64,000 nt of DNA from Takakia lepidozioides (Eukaryota; Plantae; Bryophyta): the NCBI GenBank assembly GCA_030704615.1, contig CM060734.1, positions 40,672,001 to 40,736,000 on the forward strand, given 5' to 3'. The notes under the pieces are model-generated. The model saw only the letters and a list, made by a program, of their open reading frames with translations. It ran no database searches and was not told the DNA's origin. A program made the position numbers and the translations under genes. Numbering within the stretch: position 1 is the stretch's first letter; each line of letters starts with the position of its first letter. This document shows, piece by piece, positions 1 to 12,153 of this stretch.

Positions 1-3000
1 GACGTCATGACGCACTTGCTAGTGCATCTTGTAGAGGAGCTGCATGTGTGTGGGCCCGTAGCCAGCCGTTGGATGTACCCCATGGAGAGGTACATGAAGG
101 ATCTGAAGGGGTATGTACGCAACATGGCACGGCCAGAGGGGAGTATGGCGGAGGGCTACATCCGCGACGAAGCCCTGGGCTTCATGACAGAGTATATGTC
201 TTCATTTGATGCAATACAACGACGGGTGTGGGACGAGAACGGAAGAAGGAGTTGTAGGCGAGGTCCTAGAAGGTGGTGGAACAAAGCGTGCCATGAGCCC
301 GCGCCTTCGGGATGTGGCACATGATTATGTGCTGAACAACACAACAACCATGACACCATGGAGACAGTGGGTGTAAACTTTACATCCCTCCTGTGCTATT
401 CTTAATGGTCTTTGTATGCATGAATTACATATATATTGTCACAAGTCATTCCGGCCACTATGGGAGTGGGATCGTGTGTAACAGGGTGCTTCAGACGACA
501 ACAGAGGGTGTTTCGTAGTTGGTGTGTTGCTTGCAAGTGATCATGAAGTAGGCTGCATCACTACAATGTGCTTGAAAGGACACACTCTACATGTGGCATG
601 CATGTACAGTACGGTGTTGGTCAGGGGGACTGAGTTGCAGCTTCTATTTGGTTTCTGCCAGAAAATACGCAGCGGAGAAGGTCCGCCTGAAAACGGAACG
701 GAGAGCATTTGCAAAAGCATGGCGGAGGGGCGGTCGTAGGCGCAGATCCCCGGTGGAGTACCCGACAACAATGAGGAGCTGCAGCCCTTTACAGTGTGGG
801 TCAGATCTGCAATTGCAGTGTACGCATCAGAGAACGAGGACCCAGATGAGGGCATGGTGAGTCTGTCATTCCCCCCAGGGCTGATTGCCACTTCGTACCG
901 GTCAATGAAAGCATATGGCAATCACTATAGAGTGGACGATGCCAACACCAGCCTCCTGGTGACTTATGACAGCGGAGTGGCATCATTTTTTGAACAAGAG
1001 AGTAGGAGCTGTGCACGAGATCGGAATCCAATTTCATGCCATGTGCAATATGTAGGAGTGATCAAAGAGATCCTTAAACTAGACTATGGTCTTGTGAAGC
1101 CAATTCTATTCCGTTGTTCTTGGGTAAAAGCCAATATGGTAGGAGAGAATGCCACCATGAAACGGGATGAGTACGGGTTCCTCCTTGCTGATTTCAGAAA
1201 AATGCTACCACAAGATGAAGAGCCATTCATCTTCCCATCGCAAGTTGAGCAAGTTTTCTTTTCAGATGACATCCATGCGCCGGGATGGAAGGTGGTTCTT
1301 CACAAGGACCCCGGGCCAAACGAGTCGTTGCCGACGTCCATGATCTGGACCTAGGGGAGAATGCCGACCACGAGGGTCTGAGGGAACCACGAAATCTACC
1401 AGATACGGCCGAACCAGTCTCTTTGGAAGGAGCAGTTACCTTTAATGAGGAAGACATTCCAGGGTTGGTAATTACCGCCAGGCAAATTGCAGATGTGGGT
1501 AGTGAAGGGGAAGATTATTTGGATACGGATAGTGAGCCCAGCTGAATCTCAGTGTCCATTAAGCCAGCAGCTCATAGACGAGAGCTATGCTAAGGACTCT
1601 TACTGTCCTTAGAACCCATTTTGTACAGTCCTGCTTATAAGCAAGGGCGAGACAGTTAATAGTATCGATAATGTATGGGTATGTGGTCACTGACTGTCTT
1701 GTGAACAAACCTTTTTTTGTTCTGCCCATATTGTTTCTGACATGTGAGGAGAGGATCGTCTTCATGTACGGGAAGTAGACGTGAATGTGTGCATGCATTT
1801 TCTGGCCCATCTGCATGCTTTCCAGGAACAAAGACCAGTGGAATGGGGGGTGTCTCCAAAGGAGCAGGACCGAACGACACCTTTTTGTGCTTCCCTTGCT
1901 TTCCTTCTCACCGTTGTTCCATTCTCCCACCTGCCCAACAGCAGCACTCTCGAAGCAATAGCATGACATATGTTCGCACATGGTCTTCTTCACCAGTGAA
2001 TGAGCTTTTATGCTACATGTACTGCCCCGTCCACATTAACGTTGATCCCTGCAAGCACTTGGCAAGACACCCCAGAGCCGCAAATCCAGCAACCACCACA
2101 AACACATCTAACTGATTGTAGTGACACGGGAATAGCTCACTTGTAGAGGAATTGAACCTCCAGCCAAATGAATGGCTCTGCCCTTGTAGCACAAGTGCGA
2201 TGCAAAAACAAGGTGAGTACAAAATGAAGAAGCACTTACGAGGTCCCCATCCCTGGGATGGGCTCCCACTTCTGCTCTGGAACTGTGCAGGCCTGAGTAG
2301 CACCAAATTGCATGAATCCTAAGCCTGAATGTCAAATGCAGGTTTATGTCGCGATGTAGCACGCCATCATCTTACCTGTAGTTTCCAGTTTCACTGGTGT
2401 CACATTTGCCTTCAAGTCAACATCAAAATTAAGTCCACCTATGCGCAAATCGCAGAATCTCTCATGACACCATCTGCGTACCGAAAAACTGGTTTGGCAT
2501 GATATAATTGTAGTTCACAACCTTAATGAACGCTTTCAGCCTTTACCTCTCCGTGCGCTCCATCGTGCCTCCATCCAGCACATTCTGTAAATGTTGAATG
2601 ACCAAGAACCCGATGTCACACCGTTCTGAGAAGCCACTACGCGCGCTCACAGTATACGAAGGCCTTGCCGTGTCAGGATTTGCATTCCCACGTCCCGCCA
2701 TGTCCGACGCAGCACTTGCATCCTTGCCAGACAGGCCAGGTGGAGGCAGCATGTATTAAAATATCTATTCCCCCAAGGCCACATTTTGTTTACCTCTTTT
2801 TGTGAAAGCCACGTCAGCAAATGTGCTGCCGAGTCATGGGTGCAATGAATGCGCAGTGGTTCATGGAGTCGTTGAGTCGACTACATTCACTTTAATGAAT
2901 AAATATTTATTCCATTAATCGAATTAGGAATGAAAATTTGTAGTCGCATGTGCAGTAATTACAACCACTTGCAATTTTGGCTTTTTCAAATTTTGTCTGT

Positions 3001-3094
3001 TTCGACTCTCCAGTAGTCCCGTTTACTACCAAGTGGTTCCCGGAGTGGTCGCGGACATGCAGTCGATTTGAAAAAGACACGAATGCTTCTAGTG
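1..3094 (+). mobile_element. CACTA (En/Spm) DNA transposon, 3' part; left end outside window
   Basis: TnpD-type transposase fragments at 7-1545. Ends in ...cttcTAGTG at 3090-3094 (reverse complement CACTAG), exactly where homology of the adjacent repeat to its paralog (near 26490) stops. Confidence 0.8.
7..1545 (+). pseudogene. CACTA transposase C-terminal region (DUF4218- and DUF4216-like), spliced/frameshifted
   Basis: HLLVHLVEELHVCGPVASRWMYPMERYMKDLKGYVRNMARPEGSMAEGY; YVGVIKEILKLDYG..ILFRCSW..DEEPFIFPSQVEQVFF..WKVVL. Confidence 0.85.
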
Positions 3095-5048
3095 GGGAGT
3101 GGACAAGGAATTTACCAGAGTGAGGAATGAAGACAATGTCTCCCAAGTTTGGGACTTCTCTTTGACTGTGCCGCCTTTCCTCCTTGGTTCCATTATGTCC
3201 AAGAAGCTTTCGTTGATTGTCTTGTGTTGGTATCCCGTGGCCACACCTCTGCAGGGTTAGGTAGGGCCTCGTATGGTTTGTACGACAGAGCCAGTTGTGA
3301 ACCCCTCTGAGCCCCTCCTACCACAGCAGCCGCTGCCTGACTTTGTTCGCCCTCTTTCTTTTTGTCCTTCTTCTTTCCACCCTTCTTTTTCGGGCTCTGA
3401 TTTACAACTGGAAAAAGCACTCCGTGGATATATCTGCGAAAACAAAAACAACAAAAATCATGAGAGTTCATAGGAAGACATGATAGCAGACTCCATCCTT
3501 TTGTTGTAACACTTAACAAAAAACAATCCAAGTGTAGGCTAAACTCATCTTTGCGTCAACGAAAGCCTCTTTCCGGTTCTGAAACAAGAGTTTGACACTT
3601 AAGAAATCATTTTATCACTCAAGTCGTGGGCTGCCATCAAACAGGCTTGCGTCAACGCAAGCCTCATGCAGACCCGGTAAAAGTCTCGTTGCCTCAAAGT
3701 TTTGCACGAAGGAAACACTCCATAGCTGTACTTAAAATTCTCACAACATACCCCTTCCTAATACTTGGTTCAAACTACCAATATCTATTCCACACACTAG
3801 ATAGGCTTGCGTCAACGCAAGCCTGATCCTAGCCCAATGACACTGGGGAGAATGCAAGCCATGAGTAGCAGGGTCAGCAGGCTTGCGTTAACGCAAGCCT
3901 CAATAGAGGCAGCTTCTATCTTAAAGAACAGCTCACCACATTAAAAAGCATGAAATGAAACCTGTATATGACTCACTTCATCGCCTGCTCCCCATTGTAC
4001 TACGCATCGAACAAATTCGAACAGTCAATCCCACCATCCATAGCAAATTCGCGGAAGAACGCATGGTCCCAAACGATCTCTTTCCACCTCTTATCGAGGT
4101 CTCGAATGACTCATCGGGTGTACAACGACTATCTTGAAGTTTGTTAGAGATTTCTCCATAACCTCCTCAGCCCTCTCCTCCAACTTGCACACAAATAACT
4201 TGGTTAGATTTTGCGAATGCACTCAAAGACATTCAACACAGACATTGAAGACCTGTGTCATGATATTCTTACCTGCGCCCATAATGTGGCTTTATGAAGC
4301 CAGATGTCCCACACTTAAGCCACCGTATTTCCACTGCTGGTTCCACCATTGCCATGGCGAGCCTGTGCAGCTTCTCTTGTGTCATTTCAAGCTTTGTTGT
4401 CTTGCTCCAATGAATGCGAACCTCATCCAGAAACTGAGGGCCAAGACCAGGATCAGCTATGCGCAGTTGCTTGGTGAACGCAGTCACCACCTTCCCGCGG
4501 AATTTGTTCATGTGGAAGGTCATTGCCGCCTCAATACCGTGGGCAGTGCGTTCACTTTCTGGAGTTTTTCCGTAATATTCCGCTTTTCCCCTCTCTCCCG
4601 CATCAGCAATTTCTTGCTATCCAACCCAAAGGCAACGTTTAAAAGGTCAGACTCTCAAATGTGCAATAGGTACCTGAATAAACTTCACAATGATTCAGGC
4701 TTGCGTTGACACAAGCCTGAACATGGGTACATATGAATGATAAAAAAAGGCTGTTTGTAGGACCTACAGTGTACATGTACTCCAGGAACGCATCCCTCGT
4801 CAGTGTGTACCATGTCTCTACCCTTTTGGAGGTCTCGCACTTCTCGAAGGCCTCGGGTGAAAGAATAGTCTTGAAGCTAGACAATGGCATCCATCCTAGC
4901 TTTTGCATCCTGAATAATGTGTGCACCAAGTTTGTGGTGACATAGGAAGACTCTATCTGCCTGCACCATCAAAACGAGTGTGAGAAAAGGTTTTAATGGC
5001 AAATAATAGCATTTGAGGTTGCATCAGAATCTGGTGGTTGAAGAGAAC

Positions 5049-5520
5049 TTACTTGTTTATATCATGCATGGCTGTAAGTAGCTGTGTGTAGTTTCCCTTC
5101 GGATCCAAAACGCACGCTGCGACGGAGTAATGCCAATCTTTCTCCTCTCGATGCATAGATTCAATGTACTCCATCCAAGCAAGCGGGCGGTGGTTCCCGT
5201 CCCAAACAAAAAACATCTTGTTACTGTACACCTGCAACTCCGGACTCTTGGACAGAGACTGCTCGAATTCCAAATTCACTTCCCTCCAGCACTCATCCCA
5301 CTTGCCCTCGATGTCGTCGTCTACTAGTCTCTCATTCCCATTGGAGTCTCCAACAGAATTGTAAAAGACTGGGGTTCCAAACACATACCCGTGCACAAAA
5401 TCTCCTTGAAGCTTCCTGATATCCCCGGTCAGGGCAGGACGAACAACAAGCATTGATATCATCCTGCTGAGGGGTACCATGAGGTTCGCCTCCATAACCA
5501 TCATGGATCAGATTACCTGT
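5049..5520 (-). pseudogene. ParB/Srx-like domain exon (copy 1)
   Basis: VRPALTGDIRKLQ..MFFVWDGNHRPLAW; DGxHR / GxxRxxA motif; exon ends at a GTAAG donor. Confidence 0.6.
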
Positions 5521-5589
5521 CCAGATTGCACTTTCGAGCCTGACCTTATCTTGGTGGCCATGCCTTTGTAATCCATATTTGTGTCTTGC

Positions 5590-5990
5590 ACTTCTGTCTG
5601 GAGAATCTGTGCACAATTTTGCTGACGGTGGAATCAGCCATACCAAACATTTCCCCTATAGTGAGAAAAGAATCTCCTATTGCAAACCTTCGTAGAGATA
5701 ATGGCTACTTGTTTGGCAATTGACAGTTTTTTGCCTTTGATGTTTTGCAAACCAGCAGGCAGATTTCACATGAGGTCATTGCCAAGAATATCACACAAAC
5801 AATCGAATGTGGATACTGTCACTCTAAGCATTTTCCGAAATCTCTCTTCATCTTCCCTCATCACAGTCTCTGCAAATTGATCCCACCAATGAATAGAACG
5901 GGGTTTGATATACCCCGGACCAAAAAATGACCCAAAAATCTGAACCTTGTTTAAATTGCCTTGAGTGATTGTTGAAATAAGCACATGTTC
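5590..5990 (-). pseudogene. PIF/Harbinger transposase N-terminal fragment (copy 1)
   Basis: WWDQF..DEERFRKMLRVTVSTFDCLCDIL..LSIAKQVAI, then in a shifted frame SLRRFAIGDSFLTIGEMFG..STVSKIVHRF. Confidence 0.75.
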
Positions 5991-6899
5991 CTCTTTTGAA
6001 GCACCGCAATTGCTTATGATTCTATTTGTCTTGCTCGCTTTTCGGGCTGCTACTGGAGTGTATAGCCGTATGCGATCATCAAACGTGGCACGGCTAAAGC
6101 AAATTGCAATGTAGTGGCCACTACAGAAGTCGCGGAAACCATTGTAATGAAAGTCGACATCTCAAAGAAATCCATAAATTTCGGCTGTGTGTGGAGGAGG
6201 ACAATCACATTCTGTACAACATGAAGATGTGCCTACCGATAATCAAGCGTGGGAAAGTAAGGAAACTCAAGGGTGCGAGGAAAAAGATTTTCTTTGTCAC
6301 ACACCTGCAAAAGTGTCGGTGAAATCCACCGGACGGGTTTAGTTCCATAGTGGTGCATAGAAATGGGTGTGAATGGATGTGACCCGTGGTCAAACCCATT
6401 TTTGGATGACATCCTGTAATGGGAATGGGTTTACCTGGAAGGGAACCATTATGCTCTCTATGTCATCCCTACTCCCCCTCCTTCGGTTACTGGGTATTCC
6501 CTGTGGGAATTACGCTTTTTCGGCCCCGAGGTTATTTTTTCCTCCTTGTTTTTAGCCCCTTCATTAATAAACTTCCAGGGGCTCTGTCCGTTGTTCTAAA
6601 AAAAAAATAAAAAAAAAATATTTTATATTTATATTATATGTATCGAGAATATAATAATATGTATAACGAATTCTTAACTATATCATCATAATGATTGAGT
6701 ACGAGCCAGTAGTCCTTAACAACTTTAATGGGCTTAAGGATAAATTAGTGAAAACAACTAATAGTTGTAGTAATATTTTTATTTCACCTAATTGTACCTT
6801 AACTTCACAGCTGGCCGTTAATCTTGAGTTAATGCAATTGCTAACACCTAAGAACGCTAACTACTGTGTGCGAATATTCAACAAAAAAAACGTTACAAG

Positions 6900-7520
6900 G
6901 CCTTCTCAAATGCACAACCTATGCAGGCCAAATGGGCTAGATGGGAACATCATGGATTTCAAGGGGAAAACTGGTCCACCATTTGGGGCTCCATTTGGAT
7001 CAAAATACGCCCAGCAAAATTGCAGCATTCCTCTGGCAAATAGCTGATAGAGTTCTTGAGGTAAGAGAATGGCTACAGTTTGCCCTCCTAAGCGCTTGCT
7101 GCTCCTCAAGGACCATTGAATCAATGAGCATAGCCTCATTTTATGCCGTACCCCGGCAAATATATGGCCCTTCATCAAAGACCTTCGCCACCAATGGAAC
7201 AATAGGGCCCTTTCCACTGTGGACCTTCTCTTCAACAACGACATTGTAACAAAGCAGAAATCTCTCAATTACCGGCCTATGGTTGAAACCCGCGTGAGCT
7301 CGACTCTCTGGACCTATGGAAGGCCAGATGCGTGAAAGACCTTCTCAGGTGATACATCCTCGATCTCTCTTTTACTCTCTCTGGTCTTTCAAGATCTGGA
7401 TACTGAATCAAGGAAAGCTTGGGCTAAAATGTGTACAGACATCAAGCGAAAACTGCAGAATGGGGCAGCCATCCACGCCGCCTTCAGAAATACATGGGAT
7501 CATACGCCACAGTCTCGCAT
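6900..7520 (+). mobile_element. Degenerate LINE (L1-like) 3' fragment, zf-RVT region
   Basis: W..IWGSIW and PSKIAAFLWQIADRVLEVREWL..C..ES pattern across frames. Confidence 0.55.
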
Positions 7521-8336
7521 GACCCTGCATTTGAGCCGAGCTCCCTCCAACCAGTGTTTTTATTTCTGAAATTTCGCACTTTTTCTCGACCTCAAAAAAA
7601 CAATCGAATATTCTGTCGTAAATTCCCTATTTTCTCACGGATGAAATCGCCAAAATTCTCCAAAAAAATATAAATCTTGGATGAATTTGCCTTATATGGA
7701 TGAAATAAATGGATGAAAGTACAGAGGAGGATGATTCTGTCCAAATTTCAGTGGATGAACAGAAAATATGGCTACTTCCTGCAAAACTCAGTAGCCACTC
7801 CTGTTATTTTCTAAATTTGAAAAACAAAACACTCTGGCGAGGCCTCCACGCCACCATCCACAGCCTCCCCATGTTCGATCGTGATATCAATTGGAAGCAT
7901 CTCAAGACTTCCACGAAAGCCTCACGGATTCATTTTAGATGACTTAACTAGGCCACTTCAAGTCAATGGATAACATTTGTAGGGTGTCTCTACTGAGTTT
8001 TCTTGATCCTCCTCCCGCGTTTTAAGGCAAGACTTATCAGTCAGGGCAGCCCTGGTTGCTCCCGCTCTCATCCGGTCTAGATCATGGTCAAAATCCCTCA
8101 AATGGGGGTGATGGTTAGTTTTTTTACTGAATACGGGATCTGTGCCTTATGGTATGTCACGGGGTTTTAATTTTTTTCCCCAAATAAGTTAATTCCAAAT
8201 AAAGTCTCTACCACTGGGGCCTCTGACCCCAGTTTTCATAAAAAAAAAGATTGCACTTTGAATAAATTTATTAAAAAATAAAATGAAAAATACGTGGTGG
8301 TTTTTTTCGATAAGTGCAACGAGTATCCAAAAATTA

Positions 8337-8701
8337 GGGCCGCTTTCCACCAAGGCCCAGGCCCAAGAAATCCTGGGCCCAATTTCTACCACTCTTGGGC
8401 TGGTCATGATCAAACAGTCATGATCACACAAAAATAGTCTATTTTAATACCAAACTTCTTGGGCCCAAGAGTTGAGAATTGGGTCTCCATTCTAGGAGGG
8501 TTCCTTTTTCTTGGTCCGGCCCAACAAGTTGGCGCCAAAACTTGTGCCATGTAGGTGCCATGTAGGCAAATGACCCACTTCCATTTTCTTGGGCTGGGGC
8601 CGCAGTGTATAAAGCCGTTGGGCCCAATTTTCAGGCCTCCGCCAATGGGAATGCTCCATTCGCAGTTGGTCTTGGGCTTCGGCCCTAGTGTAAAGCGGCC
8701 C
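8337..8701. mobile_element. Tourist-like (PIF/Harbinger) MITE
   Basis: Imperfect ~30-bp TIRs starting GGGCCGCTTT at both ends; TTA TSD at 8334-8336 and 8702-8704. Confidence 0.85.
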
Positions 8702-11700
8702 TTAGTTGCTCCCATGTGCGGACCACACTTAAAGAACGTGTTTTCCCATCCCCCGACATTTGGATCGGCCGGTGGTGCGAGTGGCAGCCAGCCCTGGGCG
8801 GGAGAGATGGATGAGACCATGTGGCTGCTGGCGAACTGGCTAAACTGAAAGAGTGGAGAATTATCCTGATTGTCTTTTTAGGGAGAGGAGACAGGGATGC
8901 AGTCATACCTTGTCGACGAGCCACCGGAAGCAGTTTGAATGTTGGTGAATGATGATTGGCGATTTGTTTGATTGAATTTTGACTGGTGAAAGGACGGATC
9001 ATGGCCCAAATGCAAGCTGGCAAGGAGGGCGATGCTGTGGTGAACATGGAAATTGGTGTAATACCCATAGGGGAAGATCGAACGCCTTTCATGTACCCCA
9101 TTAATTCATCACGTAAGTCCTCGCATCAAAGTTTCGCATCCTGTTTTCATTCTGCGGACACCTCATTATGTTCAGGTTTGATCTGGGATCCCTTTCCGAA
9201 GCCAACCCTCTGTTTCCATGTTCACTACAGTTTGCCATGTATGGAAGAAAGATTCAAGGAAGTTTCACGCTGGAATCGACACTTGATTTGTAAGGAGGGG
9301 AGTAATTTCTAAAAAAATCACTAATTTACACCGATTCAGACTTGTGCCTTCAGCAGCTGGGAGGGCAGTTTGTGTGCCAAACTATTGCCTCATGGGGTGA
9401 TTGTGCCCCGTCGCTAGCCTAATAATGGTCCAGCTGAACGAACACTCTCAAGCAGATTCTCGGCCCTAACCCTAAATTAATGAAGAATGATGATAGGTAT
9501 TATAAGTGATGTCTAGAACAATGCATATCCTTGAAATTGGGCAAGAGTACATTTTTGCAATGGAGCTGGAAACAGGGTGTGGATTCCACTGCAAGATGTC
9601 TTTGCCCGTAGGCGATGTTACCTCCAAATGTCTTTTGGTGGTCTTTTTGCATTGGAGTGAGTTCATGATTTATAATTCCCTTGGAAAGTGGCAGAAACAT
9701 TTTGATGGCTGGGTTTGTGTAACTTCATGACATCCTTTGCTCGTGTCAAACTGCACTTCAGTCAATCTCCCTGTCTTCTAGTATACCTGAGTTGTGCCTG
9801 ATCAGCTGCCACTCTATTGCAGGGCAGCTGGTGCAATAGCCTCAGATTATTTACTTTCATTCCACTTGCTATCACTTACTTTTATGAATGGAAAAGTTTC
9901 AAGTGGGTTATGATTGTAGACACTTCTGTCTTATCAGGTATCTGAATGTGGGAATACCTATCCTGATCCTCAGAAGATGAGAATTTCTGAAGTTATCGTC
10001 CTGTCCTCTTGAGCCATCTTTGTCACTTGCTTTTTCTTCTACCACAGATCTGCTAGGAAATAGCATAGCCACACTCAGTGGGGATCTTTGGCTTGTGGCC
10101 TGTGTTGAGGGTATCCTACACTGTTTACCCAGTGATGCACTGGGGTGCTTCCTTCACATGAGTTGCTTGGGGCATCAATTCTGTGCTAGAGTTTGAACAT
10201 GTCAAGGCAACTTTTGCTGCCTGCTGCCATTCTTTTTCAATATGATGGTCAGGACCTAAGTAACAAGCTTCTACATTTGTAGGCAACGCCTTCAAGCGTT
10301 ACAGAGACAGGTTTTTTTGTCTCCCTAGTGAGGTTTGATAACTTATGCTGGCTGCTGCCACAGGCTATTCTTTTTCGTATATCTTTTCGGGATTTTGGCA
10401 ACAAGATTCTTACATTTCTAGGCAGGGCCTTCAGGTGTTACTAAAACTAGTTTTTCTGTTCCCCTGATTGGGTTTAGTAGGCTTGGGTTGGGTATCAGGC
10501 ACCGGAGTCTGGGGAGAGGGGAAGAGATTAAAGCACAAAAAGGCCCGCTGTGATTGGTGTAAAGTGCAGCGCTACATAATTGCTGGTGTCATCTTTATAT
10601 TCATTGCCTGGGTATGTGCTGGATATAAACCCCCTGCACCAGTAGCATAGTGGTCAACTGGTCAAACACAAATGGTTCATGTGACAAGTTTGCGGTTTAT
10701 TGTTGTGGTGCTATGCTCTAAAATGTAGATATCAACATTGTTGACTGCCACCCAACTTGTCTCCTTTCTCTTCCAATGTGTGATTCTCATTGATTTCTCC
10801 TTAGCATTCCTGAGTGTCTCTACAGGAATGGTTGTGTGCTGTGTCATTTTTGCTGAATGCATCATTCTGTTCTCCTTCTGTTAAAGAGACGGCACGGCCT
10901 GTACTTACACATAGCATCAATTCTGGTGCAGGTCGTCTATACCATCTGGAGAAGCAATGATTGAGGGGTCTTATGTGACTGGTGAGGCTCTTTGTGTTTT
11001 GGATGGTGCATGTTTGCATATGAGGTGTGAATTCATTTTATTACCGTAGATGTTGTACTGCAAGGATTGGCCTTGCGTTTTGCTCAATATGGATGCCACA
11101 TAAGGTAACCATGCTCTTTAGTCAAGCTGACATAAACACCATGTTACCAATGGCAACTTCGTAATATGGTGAATTGTCGTTACTGTCAATGCATTGAGGC
11201 GTGATGGCATATGTTCTAAGCTTCTTGTAAATATGACAAGGAAGAAGGAATCAATTCTGACAAGTAACATACCTATCAGAGGAACCATGAGCTCCATGGA
11301 ATTAGAAAAGAAGGTCAACAGCCTGTGTTTTGAGCAATTGCGACTGTTGAAGCTTGTGATCATCAGGTGATGTGGGACATGGGTTTCAATGTGTGTTGCA
11401 ATGTCTGTTAGCTTCTCCTGGACAGCAACAGAAAGAGAGGCAATCATTGTGTGCTTATTCTGGGACTGCAATCGTTAACAACCACATATTTGTCCGTAAA
11501 CTTCATGTAGTTTCTTTATTTTGTCGAGGATCTTCATCATTGTAATTGCAGTAGTTGATGCCCATGGACTCTTTTGTGGCTCCACTGGCAGATATTTTCC
11601 TCCTTCCATGACAGAGATGTGACGGTTTCATCAGAAAGTGCAAGTTTATTGTTCTACCTGCGTTTTTATCTGTACAAATATGTAGCGTATTATATTACAA

Positions 11701-12153
11701 CAAGCGTGAAGGAAAAAAAACTTCCTGAGATGATTACCACAGAAGTTCTGAGACCATTTCTTTGGACTTAAAATTCCTCATTGCACCCACCACCCTCTTC
11801 TGTACCTGAGCTCAGTACCATGTATACAGACAACATTGTTTTTGGCAGTTTCATGGAGTAGTAAAGATTCAGAGACCAGATTTTGTCAAATTCTGTGCAA
11901 CATCGCCAGCCTCATACAGTCTACAATAGTTGTAGACAAGGTTATTGAAATCACATTCTGGATTGTAATCAGTGATGCTTTCTCCGGTGCTGGAGTTGTT
12001 CTGTTGATGGGGGAAAATTTGCGCGCTGGTGATGGAATCCTGTATGGGGAGGGGATAGGACTACCTGAATGCCTCCTCTGTTGCGGGCCTTGTGACTGCA
12101 TACTAGTCCATATCTTTGGGGAAGATGCCTATTGATGACGAAGCCTATGATTT

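Larger units (their letters stand above)
3095..6160 (-). repeat. Copy 1 of composite repeat (Harbinger transposase fragment + ParB-like gene), inverted relative to copy 2, cut by the CACTA element
   Basis: Near-identical reverse complement of 12154-15451 plus 26381-~26494. Lacks two in-frame segments present in copy 2 (a 99-bp one near 13994-14093, and 14993-15259). Confidence 0.9.

Noticed and set aside
3551-3900. Palindromic repeats with spacers resembling a CRISPR array
   Set aside because: Spacing is irregular (about 55-140 bp), the context is eukaryotic and intronic, and there are no cas genes.
8800-12150. Possible host gene
   Set aside because: Intron-like composition and only short ORFs with no recognisable motif.
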